Assembly: GCA_902532475.1 (NCBI GenBank)
Contig: CACAIE010000006.1
Span: forward strand, 1,569 to 65,568
Source: an uncultured SAR116 cluster alpha proteobacterium
GTDB lineage: Bacteria > Pseudomonadota > Alphaproteobacteria > Puniceispirillales > GCA-002684695
Direction: 5' to 3'
DNA length: 64,000 nt
The notes below the pieces were generated by a model. That model was not told where the DNA came from and searched no databases. It saw only the letters and a list, made by a program, of their open reading frames with translations. Below, piece after piece: positions 19,750 through 29,153 of this stretch. The position numbers and the translations under genes were made by a program. Position 1 is the stretch's first letter. Each line of letters opens with the position of its first letter.

Positions 19750-21027
19750 ATGTCTAAAAACATTGTTGTTTGTAGAAAATGTTTATTGAAATGGGAAGAC
19801 AGTAAAATTCCATTAGAATGCCCACATTGTTTTTCTAAAAAATTAATTGGTCACAGAGAATTAAATGATTTAAACATTGCCCATTTGGACTGTGATTCCT
19901 TTTATGCATCAATAGAGAAAAGGGATAATAAGGAACTTGAAAAAAAACCAGTTGTAGTTGGAGGAAGTCAGAGAGGTGTCGTCGCAGCAGCCTGTTATGT
20001 ATCAAGAAAATATGGAATTAGGTCTGCAATGCCAATATTTAAGGCAAAAAAACTATGCCCTGAAATAATTATAATTAGACCAAGAATGGAATATTATATA
20101 ACAATTAGTCGCAAAATTAGATCGATTATGGAAACAATAACTCCTTTAATCCAACCCGTTTCTATTGATGAAGCGTTTCTTGATTTATCTGGAACAGAAA
20201 AACTCCACAAAAATATACCTGCGATTTCTTTAATAAAATTGCAAAAAAGGATATTTAAAGATATTGGGATCACGGTATCAGTGGGGTTATCCTATAATAA
20301 ATCTCTTGCAAAATTAGCTTCAGAACAAAAAAAACCCAATGGTTTTTTTGTGCTTGGCAGGGATGAAGCTAGTGATTGGCTTTCAAAAAAACCTATTTCA
20401 ATTATTTATGGCCTTGGAACTTCCACAGTAAAAAAGTTGAACAATATTGGTGTATTTTTATGTAATGATCTTTTAAAATTTCCTTATTCTAAAATTGAAA
20501 AAATTTTAGGAGGAAATACTAATAAAATATTAAGTATAGCCTCTGGCATAGATGAAAGGCCTGTTGTCAAAGATACTGTTATTAAAAGTGTTTCTGTAGA
20601 GACAACTTTTACTAAAAGGTATAGTGAAAAACAAATTAAAAATGAGCTTCATTTGTTATGTCAGAAACTATCCAATAGACTAAAAGACAAGAGCTTTTTA
20701 GGAAAAACGCTAACACTGAAACTAAAAACATCTAATTTTAAGACATTGACAAGAACCATCTCATCAAAAGAGCCATTTCAAATGGCTCACCATTTGTTTT
20801 CAAATTCTGAACAATTATTAGAAATAGAGTTAAAAAAAGAAATTGAATATAGGTTAATAGGAGTTGGAGTGTCTAATTTAATAAATGAAAATGAAAACAA
20901 TCAAGGCTTTTACTTTAATGACCAGGTTGTTCAAAAGAAAAATAAACTGGAGAGAGCGTTAGATGATATTAATCAAAAAATAGGTTCAAATTCAACAAAT
21001 ATTGGCCGCCATTTTACTAATAATTAA
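19750..21027 (+). CDS. dinB: DNA polymerase IV with an N-terminal CxxC..CxxC extension
   Basis: HLDCDSFYASIE, YGIRSAMP, SIDEAFLD, LAKLAS...KPNG. Confidence 0.93.
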   Translation: MSKNIVVCRKCLLKWEDSKIPLECPHCFSKKLIGHRELNDLNIAHLDCDSFYASIEKRDNKELEKKPVVVGGSQRGVVAAACYVSRKYGIRSAMPIFKAKKLCPEIIIIRPRMEYYITISRKIRSIMETITPLIQPVSIDEAFLDLSGTEKLHKNIPAISLIKLQKRIFKDIGITVSVGLSYNKSLAKLASEQKKPNGFFVLGRDEASDWLSKKPISIIYGLGTSTVKKLNNIGVFLCNDLLKFPYSKIEKILGGNTNKILSIASGIDERPVVKDTVIKSVSVETTFTKRYSEKQIKNELHLLCQKLSNRLKDKSFLGKTLTLKLKTSNFKTLTRTISSKEPFQMAHHLFSNSEQLLEIELKKEIEYRLIGVGVSNLINENENNQGFYFNDQVVQKKNKLERALDDINQKIGSNSTNIGRHFTNN

Positions 21028-21031
21028 TTCA

Positions 21032-21040
21032 TGATATAAT
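21032..21040 (+). promoter_or_regulatory. Putative extended -10 promoter (TG-A-TATAAT) for the WNKNA-repeat gene
   Basis: Exact TGnTATAAT about 45 nt upstream of the ATG; the AT-rich background weakens it. Confidence 0.45.
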
Positions 21041-21084
21041 TAAAATGTTTTATTATTTATCTTAAACTTGAAGAGGTTTAAAAA

Positions 21085-21336
21085 ATGTCTGATCAAAAAT
21101 GGAATAAAAATGCTCTTAATTATGGTGAAAACAATCAAGAGAATTCTGCGGACGCATGGAACAAAAACGCTTTAAATTATGAAAATGAAAAGAGGGACAC
21201 CAAAAAGAAATTAAAGAATGATCAAGTTGGTTCCAAAAATGATCAATGGAATAAGAATGCAAATGGATATGGATTAACTGAAAGTAAAAACAATCAAGAT
21301 CCTTGGAATAAGAATGCTATGAATTATAAAAAATAA
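21085..21336 (+). CDS. 83-aa hydrophilic protein with four WNKNAxxY repeats
   Basis: GAGG RBS 8 nt before the ATG; W at residues 6, 25, 55 and 74; WNKNA copies differ only at synonymous positions. Confidence 0.85.
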   Translation: MSDQKWNKNALNYGENNQENSADAWNKNALNYENEKRDTKKKLKNDQVGSKNDQWNKNANGYGLTESKNNQDPWNKNAMNYKK

Positions 21337-21340
21337 TAAA

Positions 21341-21931
21341 TTAAAGACTTTTAAATTTCAAAAAATCATTTTTGTTGTCTATATCAAAATAAAATCCTTC
21401 TGATTTTGTATTAAATTTAACGAGGTTTTCTGAATTTTTATCTAGGATTTCTTTCCCACCTTTATCACCATTAAGAAAACACAATTGTTTGAAGTAATTC
21501 TTTCCAAAAATTACTGGGTTACCCGTTGTTTTTTTTCTATAAGGTGCAACGATTGTTGAACCTCCTCCATTTTGTTGATGGAAATCTATAATATCATTAT
21601 AATCATTTGTCGCTAATAAAGGCATATCAGCCAAGCAAATCATTGCTGAAGAACTATTTTTAGGCAAGTTCAAAACACCTGCTGATATTGATGAACTTAT
21701 TCCAGTCTCATAATTTTGATTATGAATTATATCAACTTTAAACCCTTTTAAAATGTTGCAAATTTCTTTATGGTTTCGGCCTGTAACAATAATTACTTTT
21801 TTTGCTTTGGAATTAATAATTTCATTTACTGTATGCAAGATCAGGGGTTTGTTATTTATCTCAGACAATAATTTATTTGATTTTCCATGTCTGGTAGATT
21901 TTCCCGCAGCCAAAACGATAGCGTCAGACAT
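21341..21931 (-). CDS. MocA-like molybdenum cofactor cytidylyltransferase
   Basis: LAAGKS.R.G..NKLL, GISSSI..G, LADMP, GNPV.F, GDKGG, DID. Confidence 0.88.
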   Translation of the reverse strand: MSDAIVLAAGKSTRHGKSNKLLSEINNKPLILHTVNEIINSKAKKVIIVTGRNHKEICNILKGFKVDIIHNQNYETGISSSISAGVLNLPKNSSSAMICLADMPLLATNDYNDIIDFHQQNGGGSTIVAPYRKKTTGNPVIFGKNYFKQLCFLNGDKGGKEILDKNSENLVKFNTKSEGFYFDIDNKNDFLKFKSL

Positions 21932-21939
21932 ATTTTAAC

Positions 21940-22959
21940 TCACGTAAATGTTATATTATTATGTGTTTGAATAATTTGCGCCATTATTGACACAGAAATT
22001 TCTGCAGGGCTTTTAGCAGAAATATTTAAACCAATAGGTCCATTTATTCTTTCTGTGTCTTTTTTACTAAAACCTGCATCAATTAAACGTTTAATCCTTG
22101 ATGCGTGAGTTTTTTTACTTCCTAGGCAACCAATAAAAAAAGCATCACTTTTGAGAGCTTGAAACAAAGCTGGGTCATCTAACTTTGGGTCATGAGTTAA
22201 CGTAACTATTGCTGTTTTTTTATCTATGGGATTTTTTGAAAAATATTCATCAGGCCATTTTTCTATTAATTTACCTAAAGGAAAACGATCTTTTGAAGCA
22301 AAGACTTTTCTTGGATCTATTATTTCAACAGAAAACCCACAGGAATTAGATAATGGCACCAATGTTTGAGCAATATGAACTGCCCCTATGATAATGATTT
22401 TTGAATTTGGGTAATAAGAATATTTAAACCATTTTTCATCTAAAGAAATTCCTGTATGAATATTCTTAAGTTTGCTAAATTGTTTTTTTACTTCAATTTC
22501 TGGATCATGGTCATTAGAAGTGTGAAAATTTACGTAATTTTTATGATTTTCCAAATCCATTGCAACTGAAAATGGCTTTCTATTGTTAATGGATCGTATC
22601 ATTTCATTTAAACTGTCAGAATAATTGTTAAAGTGTTCTATGTAGACAGATACTTCCCCCCCACAGGTTAATCCAACCTCCCAAGCTTTTTCATTGCTTA
22701 CACCAAATTTTAATATTGTTGAATTGCCACCATTTATGATTTCAAGAGATTTCTCTATAACAGAACCTTCAATACAACCACCAGATACTGAGCCAAAAAT
22801 TTCTGAATTTTCTGAAACCAACATTTTACTTCCTACTGGCCTGGGAGAACTTCCCCACGTTTTAATTACAGTAGCTATTGCAAATCTAATTTTTTTTTTG
22901 GTCCAAGTCTTTGCTTTTTCAAGCAACCCAAAATCTTCTGAAGTTTCTAAATACACCAT
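21940..22959 (-). CDS. XdhC/CoxI-family molybdoenzyme maturation factor
   Basis: WGSSPRP.GS, GSVSGGCIE, VGLTCGG, GAVHIA, LTHDPKLDD, PIGL.I.A..P.EI. Confidence 0.92.
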   Translation of the reverse strand: MVYLETSEDFGLLEKAKTWTKKKIRFAIATVIKTWGSSPRPVGSKMLVSENSEIFGSVSGGCIEGSVIEKSLEIINGGNSTILKFGVSNEKAWEVGLTCGGEVSVYIEHFNNYSDSLNEMIRSINNRKPFSVAMDLENHKNYVNFHTSNDHDPEIEVKKQFSKLKNIHTGISLDEKWFKYSYYPNSKIIIIGAVHIAQTLVPLSNSCGFSVEIIDPRKVFASKDRFPLGKLIEKWPDEYFSKNPIDKKTAIVTLTHDPKLDDPALFQALKSDAFFIGCLGSKKTHASRIKRLIDAGFSKKDTERINGPIGLNISAKSPAEISVSIMAQIIQTHNNITFT

Positions 22960-23069
22960 GTTTTAACACCCTATGATTTAACAAATTTAAAATTATAAAA
23001 AGATATTATAATTTATACACGAATGAGACAAAAATCTTCAAGTTAACTATCTAGAAATTTTTGTGGAAC

Positions 23070-23831
23070 CTAAAAGTTTCCCATTGCAATAAAGGAGATA
23101 TTTTTATAGTCTTTCTTTCCATATTTAAATACACTTCCATCCAAGTTTTCAACTCTTCCTCCAGCGAAACGAAGCACAGCATCACCTGCTGCTGTGTCCC
23201 ACTCCATAGTAGGGCCAAACCTTGGGTAAACATCTGCTTCTCCGCAAGCAACTAGGCAAAACTTTAAAGATGATCCAATGGACACTGTTTTTGATACATT
23301 ATTTTGAGCTAGCCAATTATTAGTTTCATCATCTCTGTGGGATGCGCTAGCAACGGCAATAATAGAATCCTTAATTAATTTTCTAATCTCAATTTTTTTT
23401 ATCTGGTTTTTTTCTTCTTCAAAAGACCCTTTGGATTGTGTCCCATAAAATAGTCTATCCAGTGCAGGAGCATAAACAATCCCCAGAACTGGAATGCCAT
23501 TTCTTATTAATGCAACATTAACTGTAAATGACCCTTTACCATCAAATTTTAAAAATTCCTTAGTCCCATCTAATGGATCTACAAGAAAAAATTCTTTCGG
23601 TGCTGTCAAATTATGACTTGTGGGATTTTCCTCAGAAACAATAGGAACTTTTGGAAAGAATTTGGTTAGTGTGTCAATTAAAATTTTTTCAGCCACTTTA
23701 TCTGCAATTGTCACTGGGCTTCCATCATTCTTAATAAGCCTAGTGGGTTTTAATTCGTATATTTTTATGATTTCTTGCCCGGCATATTTTACTGCTGGCA
23801 AAAGAGTTTCAACTATTTTTGGCTCATCCAT
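23070..23831 (-). CDS. cysQ: 3'(2'),5'-bisphosphate nucleotidase
   Basis: SPVT.AD, SEE, VDPLDGTKEF, GSSLKFC..A.G.AD.YPR.GPTMEWDTAAG. Confidence 0.93.
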   Translation of the reverse strand: MDEPKIVETLLPAVKYAGQEIIKIYELKPTRLIKNDGSPVTIADKVAEKILIDTLTKFFPKVPIVSEENPTSHNLTAPKEFFLVDPLDGTKEFLKFDGKGSFTVNVALIRNGIPVLGIVYAPALDRLFYGTQSKGSFEEEKNQIKKIEIRKLIKDSIIAVASASHRDDETNNWLAQNNVSKTVSIGSSLKFCLVACGEADVYPRFGPTMEWDTAAGDAVLRFAGGRVENLDGSVFKYGKKDYKNISFIAMGNF

Positions 23832-23910
23832 GGTGTTCTCTAAGTGTGATTTTATTATTTTAATTTATGGTTTACATAGGATAAAAAATTAACAATGTTT
23901 CGCTAAAAAT

Positions 23911-24639
23911 TTAAATATTAATAACTATTGTTATTAACGCAATCAATATTAACATTAACAGTGCTGCTTTTCTGAAATAACCACTGCCTGATTGATTAAA
24001 GTATTTTGCCCCAAGCCATGTGAAACCAATATAGATTGGAAACGCAAAAGTACTAACAATTAGCAAGTTAAAAGTCATCATTCCATAAACAAACTGTGTC
24101 AGTGTTGTTAACAAAGACATGCAGCCCATAGTTATAATGATATTTGACCTCGTTACTTCGGCATCATCATTTCTTGCCATCAATACGGTTACAAAAGGTG
24201 GCCCTCCTACACCTGCAGCACCATTGACCAATCCAGAAAAACCACCACCCATTATCATTGTCCAAATGTTAATCACGCCTTTTGGCTTCCATCCGCTGGC
24301 GAGTAATGCAACCATCAATATTACCATTACAGAAATAAAAATCTTAATAATCTCAGGTTCTAAAGACACGACAAAATAAAATCCAATAGGAATAGTAAAT
24401 AGAAGGGCCAAAATCATAGGTAAGACAACCTTTACTTCCCCTTTCTTTAAAGCTGGTGGCATTAAATACAATACAGTTGGTACTTCAACCAAATACATTA
24501 TTACTAAACCTACCGCTGGTGTAAGTATATTGGACAAAATTGGAACCATTAAAAGAGCAGCGCCAAAACCTAAAAAACCTCTTAAAAACCCACCAAGAGC
24601 GATCGCTACCGAACATCCAATCAGGCCTAAAAAAGACAC
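23911..24639 (-). CDS. TauE/SafE-family sulfite exporter
   Basis: G...GF.GFG...L.VP and GAAGVGGPP motifs; about 8 TM segments; start uncertain. Confidence 0.85.
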   Translation of the reverse strand: MSFLGLIGCSVAIALGGFLRGFLGFGAALLMVPILSNILTPAVGLVIMYLVEVPTVLYLMPPALKKGEVKVVLPMILALLFTIPIGFYFVVSLEPEIIKIFISVMVILMVALLASGWKPKGVINIWTMIMGGGFSGLVNGAAGVGGPPFVTVLMARNDDAEVTRSNIIITMGCMSLLTTLTQFVYGMMTFNLLIVSTFAFPIYIGFTWLGAKYFNQSGSGYFRKAALLMLILIALITIVINI

Positions 24640-24760
24640 TTCTATTGGAAGTAAATCAATTATTAATTCGTTTATAAGTTGATAAAATATAAATAAACTT
24701 TTGTTAAATCTAGTTATATATTAGTTGTCTATACATAATAAAAAAAGAAATAATTAATAT

Positions 24761-25177
24761 ATGAGGCAATATAGTAATAAAATTCAAATCACTTCAAATG
24801 GTATTTGTATTAAAAATATCACTCAGTCGGTTAATAAAATTGTTTCGCAATCAGAAATTAAAAATGGAATAATAAACTTAAGTATCTTGAACACTACAGC
24901 TTCTCTCTTGATTCAAGAAAATGCTGACCCAGACGTTTTGAAAGATATAGAGACATTTTTTAAGAAATTAGTATCCATGGATGAAAATTATAACCATTCT
25001 TCTGAGGGTTTAGATGATATGCCAGCACATATAAAAGCCGCTCTTACCAATTCTAATTTAACTCTTAGTATAATTGACAGCAGCCTTCAATTGGGTGTTT
25101 GGCAATGTATTTATTTATTTGAGCACCGAATAATCACGAAAACCAGAACGGTGTTGGTTCATATACTTGGAAGCTGA
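24761..25177 (+). CDS. yjbQ: YjbQ/UPF0047 family protein
   Basis: ASLLIQENADPDV..D, EG.DDMPAHIK, LG.WQ.IYLFEHR. Confidence 0.88.
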   Translation: MRQYSNKIQITSNGICIKNITQSVNKIVSQSEIKNGIINLSILNTTASLLIQENADPDVLKDIETFFKKLVSMDENYNHSSEGLDDMPAHIKAALTNSNLTLSIIDSSLQLGVWQCIYLFEHRIITKTRTVLVHILGS

Positions 25178-25222
25178 TATAAGGAGTTATTTAAATTAAA
25201 ACAAAAGTATAGATTAATATTT

Positions 25223-26389
25223 ATGGAATTAAAATTGTTTGAAAATAGATTGGAAACTTTAAAATCAAAACTTGATTTTAATAACGTTGAGTTAGCGTTA
25301 ATTACTGACGAGGACTCAATTTATTATTTTACTGGATACTATGATTATCTTCACATGGATTTTGGCAGGCCTACAATTTTGTTTGTTTCTCCTGAAAAAG
25401 GCAGTCAATTAATTACTCCAGAAATGGAACGCCATATGGCTAAGGCTTCAGCTCAGGTTGATAAAATAAGTTTTTGGAACGATGGGAAGGGTGAAGAATG
25501 GCGTGAAAATCTTCCTGAAATTTTAAATAATGTAAACACTGTTGCTTTTGAACCAAATTTAATGCCACCCTTGGTTCAAAACTTTATTAAAAATTATTTA
25601 GTTGAACTAAACACTATAGACTTAGTCCCAATTATTTCTGAAATCCGCATGATAAAATCTGCAGAAGAATTAAACTTAGCTCGCCATGCAGGGCAGGTTG
25701 CTATTGCAATGATGAATGCAGGACATGAAGCAATAAATGATGGTGTTGCAGAATATGAAGTTGCTATAGCTACCTCTCAGGCAGGAACAAGGATGGCAGC
25801 AGAATTACTAAATAAATATTATGATGACGATAGAATGTCTCCAAATACCCATTTTCTTCAAATTATGTCATCTGGTGATAGTATATCGATGCCACATCGA
25901 AGGGCTTCAAATAAAGTGATGAAATTTGGTGAGCCGGTTTTTTTATGCTTTTGTGGAATGACTAATTTCAATCGTTTTAAATTAGGCTTTGATCGTACAT
26001 TTTGGATTGGAAAAATTCAAAATAGCCAACAAGAAAAAGTTTATGATATAGCAATTAAAAGTCAGTCAGCTGCTCTATCAAAATTGAAACCAGGCGCAAT
26101 GGCTGAAGAGATACATAAAGCTTATTCTGAGGTTATTCAGGATGCTGGCTTTGAATACCCATTTAGATGTGGCAGGGCTACGGGCTATAGTTTTTTAGAA
26201 AAACCACAAATTGTTTCTGGTGACAAAACTGTTATAAAACCAGGTATGGTTTTAGCAATTGATGGTTCTGTAACATTTAATTCAAAGTTTAGAGTTCAAG
26301 TTGGAGATAGTTTTATAGTTACTGAAGATGGATATGAGTGTATAACTCCTTATCCTAAAAAGATTAATGAAGTAATAATTAAAGATTAA
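25223..26389 (+). CDS. M24 (pita-bread fold) hydrolase, creatinase-like, apparently lacking the metal ligands
   Basis: Creatinase_N-type I.YFTGY..., R.IKS.EEL, PH, RTF; the canonical D/D/H/E/E ligands appear to be replaced. Confidence 0.8.
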   Translation: MELKLFENRLETLKSKLDFNNVELALITDEDSIYYFTGYYDYLHMDFGRPTILFVSPEKGSQLITPEMERHMAKASAQVDKISFWNDGKGEEWRENLPEILNNVNTVAFEPNLMPPLVQNFIKNYLVELNTIDLVPIISEIRMIKSAEELNLARHAGQVAIAMMNAGHEAINDGVAEYEVAIATSQAGTRMAAELLNKYYDDDRMSPNTHFLQIMSSGDSISMPHRRASNKVMKFGEPVFLCFCGMTNFNRFKLGFDRTFWIGKIQNSQQEKVYDIAIKSQSAALSKLKPGAMAEEIHKAYSEVIQDAGFEYPFRCGRATGYSFLEKPQIVSGDKTVIKPGMVLAIDGSVTFNSKFRVQVGDSFIVTEDGYECITPYPKKINEVIIKD

Positions 26390-26392
26390 TGA

Positions 26393-27154
26393 ATGTCTAA
26401 AAATGTATTAATAACTGCGGGTGCTTCTGGAATTGGTAAAGCAATGGCAGAAGCATTTGAAAAAAATGGAGATAGTATCTGGATTGTAGATAGTGATAGA
26501 GAAGCCATTGAAAAATGTTCAAATAATTGGAATAAATCCATTTTAGATGTTCGCGATGAAAAATCAATTTTGAAGCTGTTTGAAGAAATCAAACTAAAGT
26601 GGAAAGGCGTTGATGTTCTTTGTGCGAATGCTGGTATAAAGGGTCCAACTTCTTTGATCGAAAACATTAGTTTAGAAGAGTGGAAAGATTGCTTAGATAT
26701 CAATCTTGATGGTGTATTCTTGTTTTCAAAATTAGTTGCACCTATTATGAAAAAACAGAGATCAGGTTCCATAATCATAACTTCGTCAACAGCTGGAATT
26801 TTTGGTTTTAGTCATAGATCACCTTACGTAACTTCGAAATGGGGTGTTATAGGGTTAATGAAATCATTGGCTATAGAGCTTGGTTCCTATGACATAAGAG
26901 TAAATGCAATTTGTCCTGGATCAGTGGAGGGTGAACGCTTAGAAAAAGTTGTAGAAGCTGAAATAGCATCAAAGAGAATGACCCGGGAAGAGATCTATAA
27001 TGCTTACACTGCAGGCACTTCTATGAAAAAATTAATTAAAGCTGAAGATATTGCAAATATGGCTCTATTTTTATCAGGTCATGGTTCAAGATTAGTGAGT
27101 GGACAAGTTATAGCTGTGGATGGGCATACGGAAGTTCCTGACCCTAAAGTTTAA
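26393..27154 (+). CDS. Short-chain dehydrogenase/reductase
   Basis: TAGASGIG, NAG, S...YxxxK (Y.TSK), ICPG. Confidence 0.92.
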   Translation: MSKNVLITAGASGIGKAMAEAFEKNGDSIWIVDSDREAIEKCSNNWNKSILDVRDEKSILKLFEEIKLKWKGVDVLCANAGIKGPTSLIENISLEEWKDCLDINLDGVFLFSKLVAPIMKKQRSGSIIITSSTAGIFGFSHRSPYVTSKWGVIGLMKSLAIELGSYDIRVNAICPGSVEGERLEKVVEAEIASKRMTREEIYNAYTAGTSMKKLIKAEDIANMALFLSGHGSRLVSGQVIAVDGHTEVPDPKV

Positions 27155-27237
27155 TGTGTTCATAAAAAACTTACTTTTTATTTCACTTTTTGAGATTCTA
27201 TGTTTAATTAATTTCTAAAAAATTATTATAAAGTTTT

Positions 27238-28233
27238 ATGCACCCAATTATTGCTACATTAATAAAAAGAATAGGACTTGGATTCGTCTCATTATTTTTT
27301 GTGAGCTTAATTATTTTTAGTTCATTAAATCTTTTGCCAGGTGATTTTGTTGAAGCTGTTTTAGGGCAGTCCAGAACTGAAGAAACTGTTGCAACTTTTA
27401 GAAAAGAACTTGGATTAGATAAGCCCTTTCACATAAGGTATGTAAAATGGCTTTCGGCAGCAGTCCAAGGCGATCTTGGTAGTACGTTTTCAGGAAGAAA
27501 TGCGAGTTATGCAAACCAACCTCAGCAGAGTACTGCAAGAACAGTGACAGGTTTATTAAAGCCAAGGCTTTACAATACGTTTTTTCTTGCTGCTATGACG
27601 GCCCTGATAGCCGTTCCTCTATCATTATTTTTAGGTATAACTGCAGCTTTATATAGAAATACTTTTTATGATAGGACTGTTAATGCTTCGGCATTAGCAA
27701 CAATTTCAATGCCAGAATTTTTTGTGGCGTATATATTAATTATTTGTTTGGCATCAATATACCAAATTTTTCCTTCTCTTTCTAATGTGACGGCATCAAC
27801 TCCATTTTTTGAGAGAGTGTATCTGTCTATTTTACCTGCACTAACCCTAACTCTTGTAACGGTTGCCCATATGATGAGAATGACAAGGGCGGCTATTATT
27901 AATCTTCTGTCTTCCCCCTATATTGAAATGGCTCAGCTGAAAGGCTTGTCAAGGTCAAAAGTTATTTTAGAACACGCCCTTCCAAATGCATGGGCACCTA
28001 TAGCAAATATAATAGCATTTAATCTAGCTTATCTAATTGTTGGAGTTGTAGTAGTAGAGGTTGTATTTGTATATCCTGGTGTAGGTCAATTGATGGTTGA
28101 TTCTGTTATTAAAAGAGATATTCCAGTTGTTCAAGGATGCGCATTGGTTTTTGCTTTGACCTATATTCTTCTTAATTTAATTGCTGATGTAATTTCAATA
28201 ATTACCAATCCAAGGCTGTTGTATCCAAAATGA
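27238..28233 (+). CDS. Peptide/nickel ABC permease (DppB-like)
   Basis: PGD, LGLD.P...RY..WL, EAA loop, HALPN, VE.VF.YPG.G. Confidence 0.92.
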   Translation: MHPIIATLIKRIGLGFVSLFFVSLIIFSSLNLLPGDFVEAVLGQSRTEETVATFRKELGLDKPFHIRYVKWLSAAVQGDLGSTFSGRNASYANQPQQSTARTVTGLLKPRLYNTFFLAAMTALIAVPLSLFLGITAALYRNTFYDRTVNASALATISMPEFFVAYILIICLASIYQIFPSLSNVTASTPFFERVYLSILPALTLTLVTVAHMMRMTRAAIINLLSSPYIEMAQLKGLSRSKVILEHALPNAWAPIANIIAFNLAYLIVGVVVVEVVFVYPGVGQLMVDSVIKRDIPVVQGCALVFALTYILLNLIADVISIITNPRLLYPK

Positions 28234-29153
28234 GTAAATTAGATAACCAGTATTCTGCCAAAGATGAAGTTGCAACTGTCTTTATTAGGCGAACATTTTT
28301 TCAGCGCGCATTAATAACCTTAAAGAAAGCTCCCTTTACTGCATGGCTTGGGATGACAATTGTCTGTGTTTATATTTTTGTAGCTGTTTTTGCTCCTTTT
28401 ATTGCTCCATACGGCGAAGCTCAAATTTTTAAAGATCCTTATGCTCCATGGGACGAAATTCATGTTTTTGGAACTGATAGGCTGGGAAGAGATATTTTAA
28501 GCCGTTTGATTTATGGTGCTAGAAACACAATGGGAATTGCAATTCTAACAACGTTATTGGCATTTATAATTGGCGGTGGCTTGGGTTTGCTTGCAGCAAT
28601 CTTAAGAGGTTGGGTTGATCAGTTTTTAGCACGGTTTGTTGATATACTTATGGCAATTCCAAGCTTAATTTTTGCGCTGATGTTACTGTCGATATTTGGG
28701 TCAACGGCTTTCAATTTAATTATAATTATAGCTGTATTAGATTCTACCAGAGTATTTAGGTTATCCAGAGCTGTGGGGATGAATGTTGCGGTTATGGAGT
28801 ACGTCGAAGCCGCTCGGCTTCGAGGGGAAAAAATTAGTTGGATCATGGGAAGAGAAATTTTACCTAATATTTTACCACCTCTTGTCGCAGAGTTTGGTCT
28901 GAGGTTTTGCTATGTTTTTTTAATGATTGCTTCTTTATCCTTTTTGGGAGTTGGAATTCAGCCACCAACCGCAGACTGGGGATCTATGGTAAGAGAGACA
29001 GGAGAATTAATACAATATGCGCAATATGATATAACCGCTGCGATGACGCCAATACTTCCGGCGGCAGCAATTGGTATATTAACTATAGGTGTAAACTTTG
29101 TTGTTGATTGGTTTTTATATTTAACAAGTGGGCTAAAAGATGAGCACAAATAA
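28230..29153 (+). CDS. Peptide/nickel ABC permease (DppC-like)
   Basis: GTD.LGRD.LSR..YG, YVEAAR..G, LSFLG.G.QPP...WG. Confidence 0.92.
   Translation: MSKLDNQYSAKDEVATVFIRRTFFQRALITLKKAPFTAWLGMTIVCVYIFVAVFAPFIAPYGEAQIFKDPYAPWDEIHVFGTDRLGRDILSRLIYGARNTMGIAILTTLLAFIIGGGLGLLAAILRGWVDQFLARFVDILMAIPSLIFALMLLSIFGSTAFNLIIIIAVLDSTRVFRLSRAVGMNVAVMEYVEAARLRGEKISWIMGREILPNILPPLVAEFGLRFCYVFLMIASLSFLGVGIQPPTADWGSMVRETGELIQYAQYDITAAMTPILPAAAIGILTIGVNFVVDWFLYLTSGLKDEHK

Noticed and set aside
21085-21336. WNKNA repeats as a CRISPR array or DNA-level tandem repeat
   Set aside because: The copies are short, in frame, vary at third codon positions and are unevenly spaced (57/90/57 nt); there are no cas genes.
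25223-26389. DMSP lyase DddP or a prolidase
   Set aside because: Both need the dinuclear metal ligands, which appear to be substituted here.
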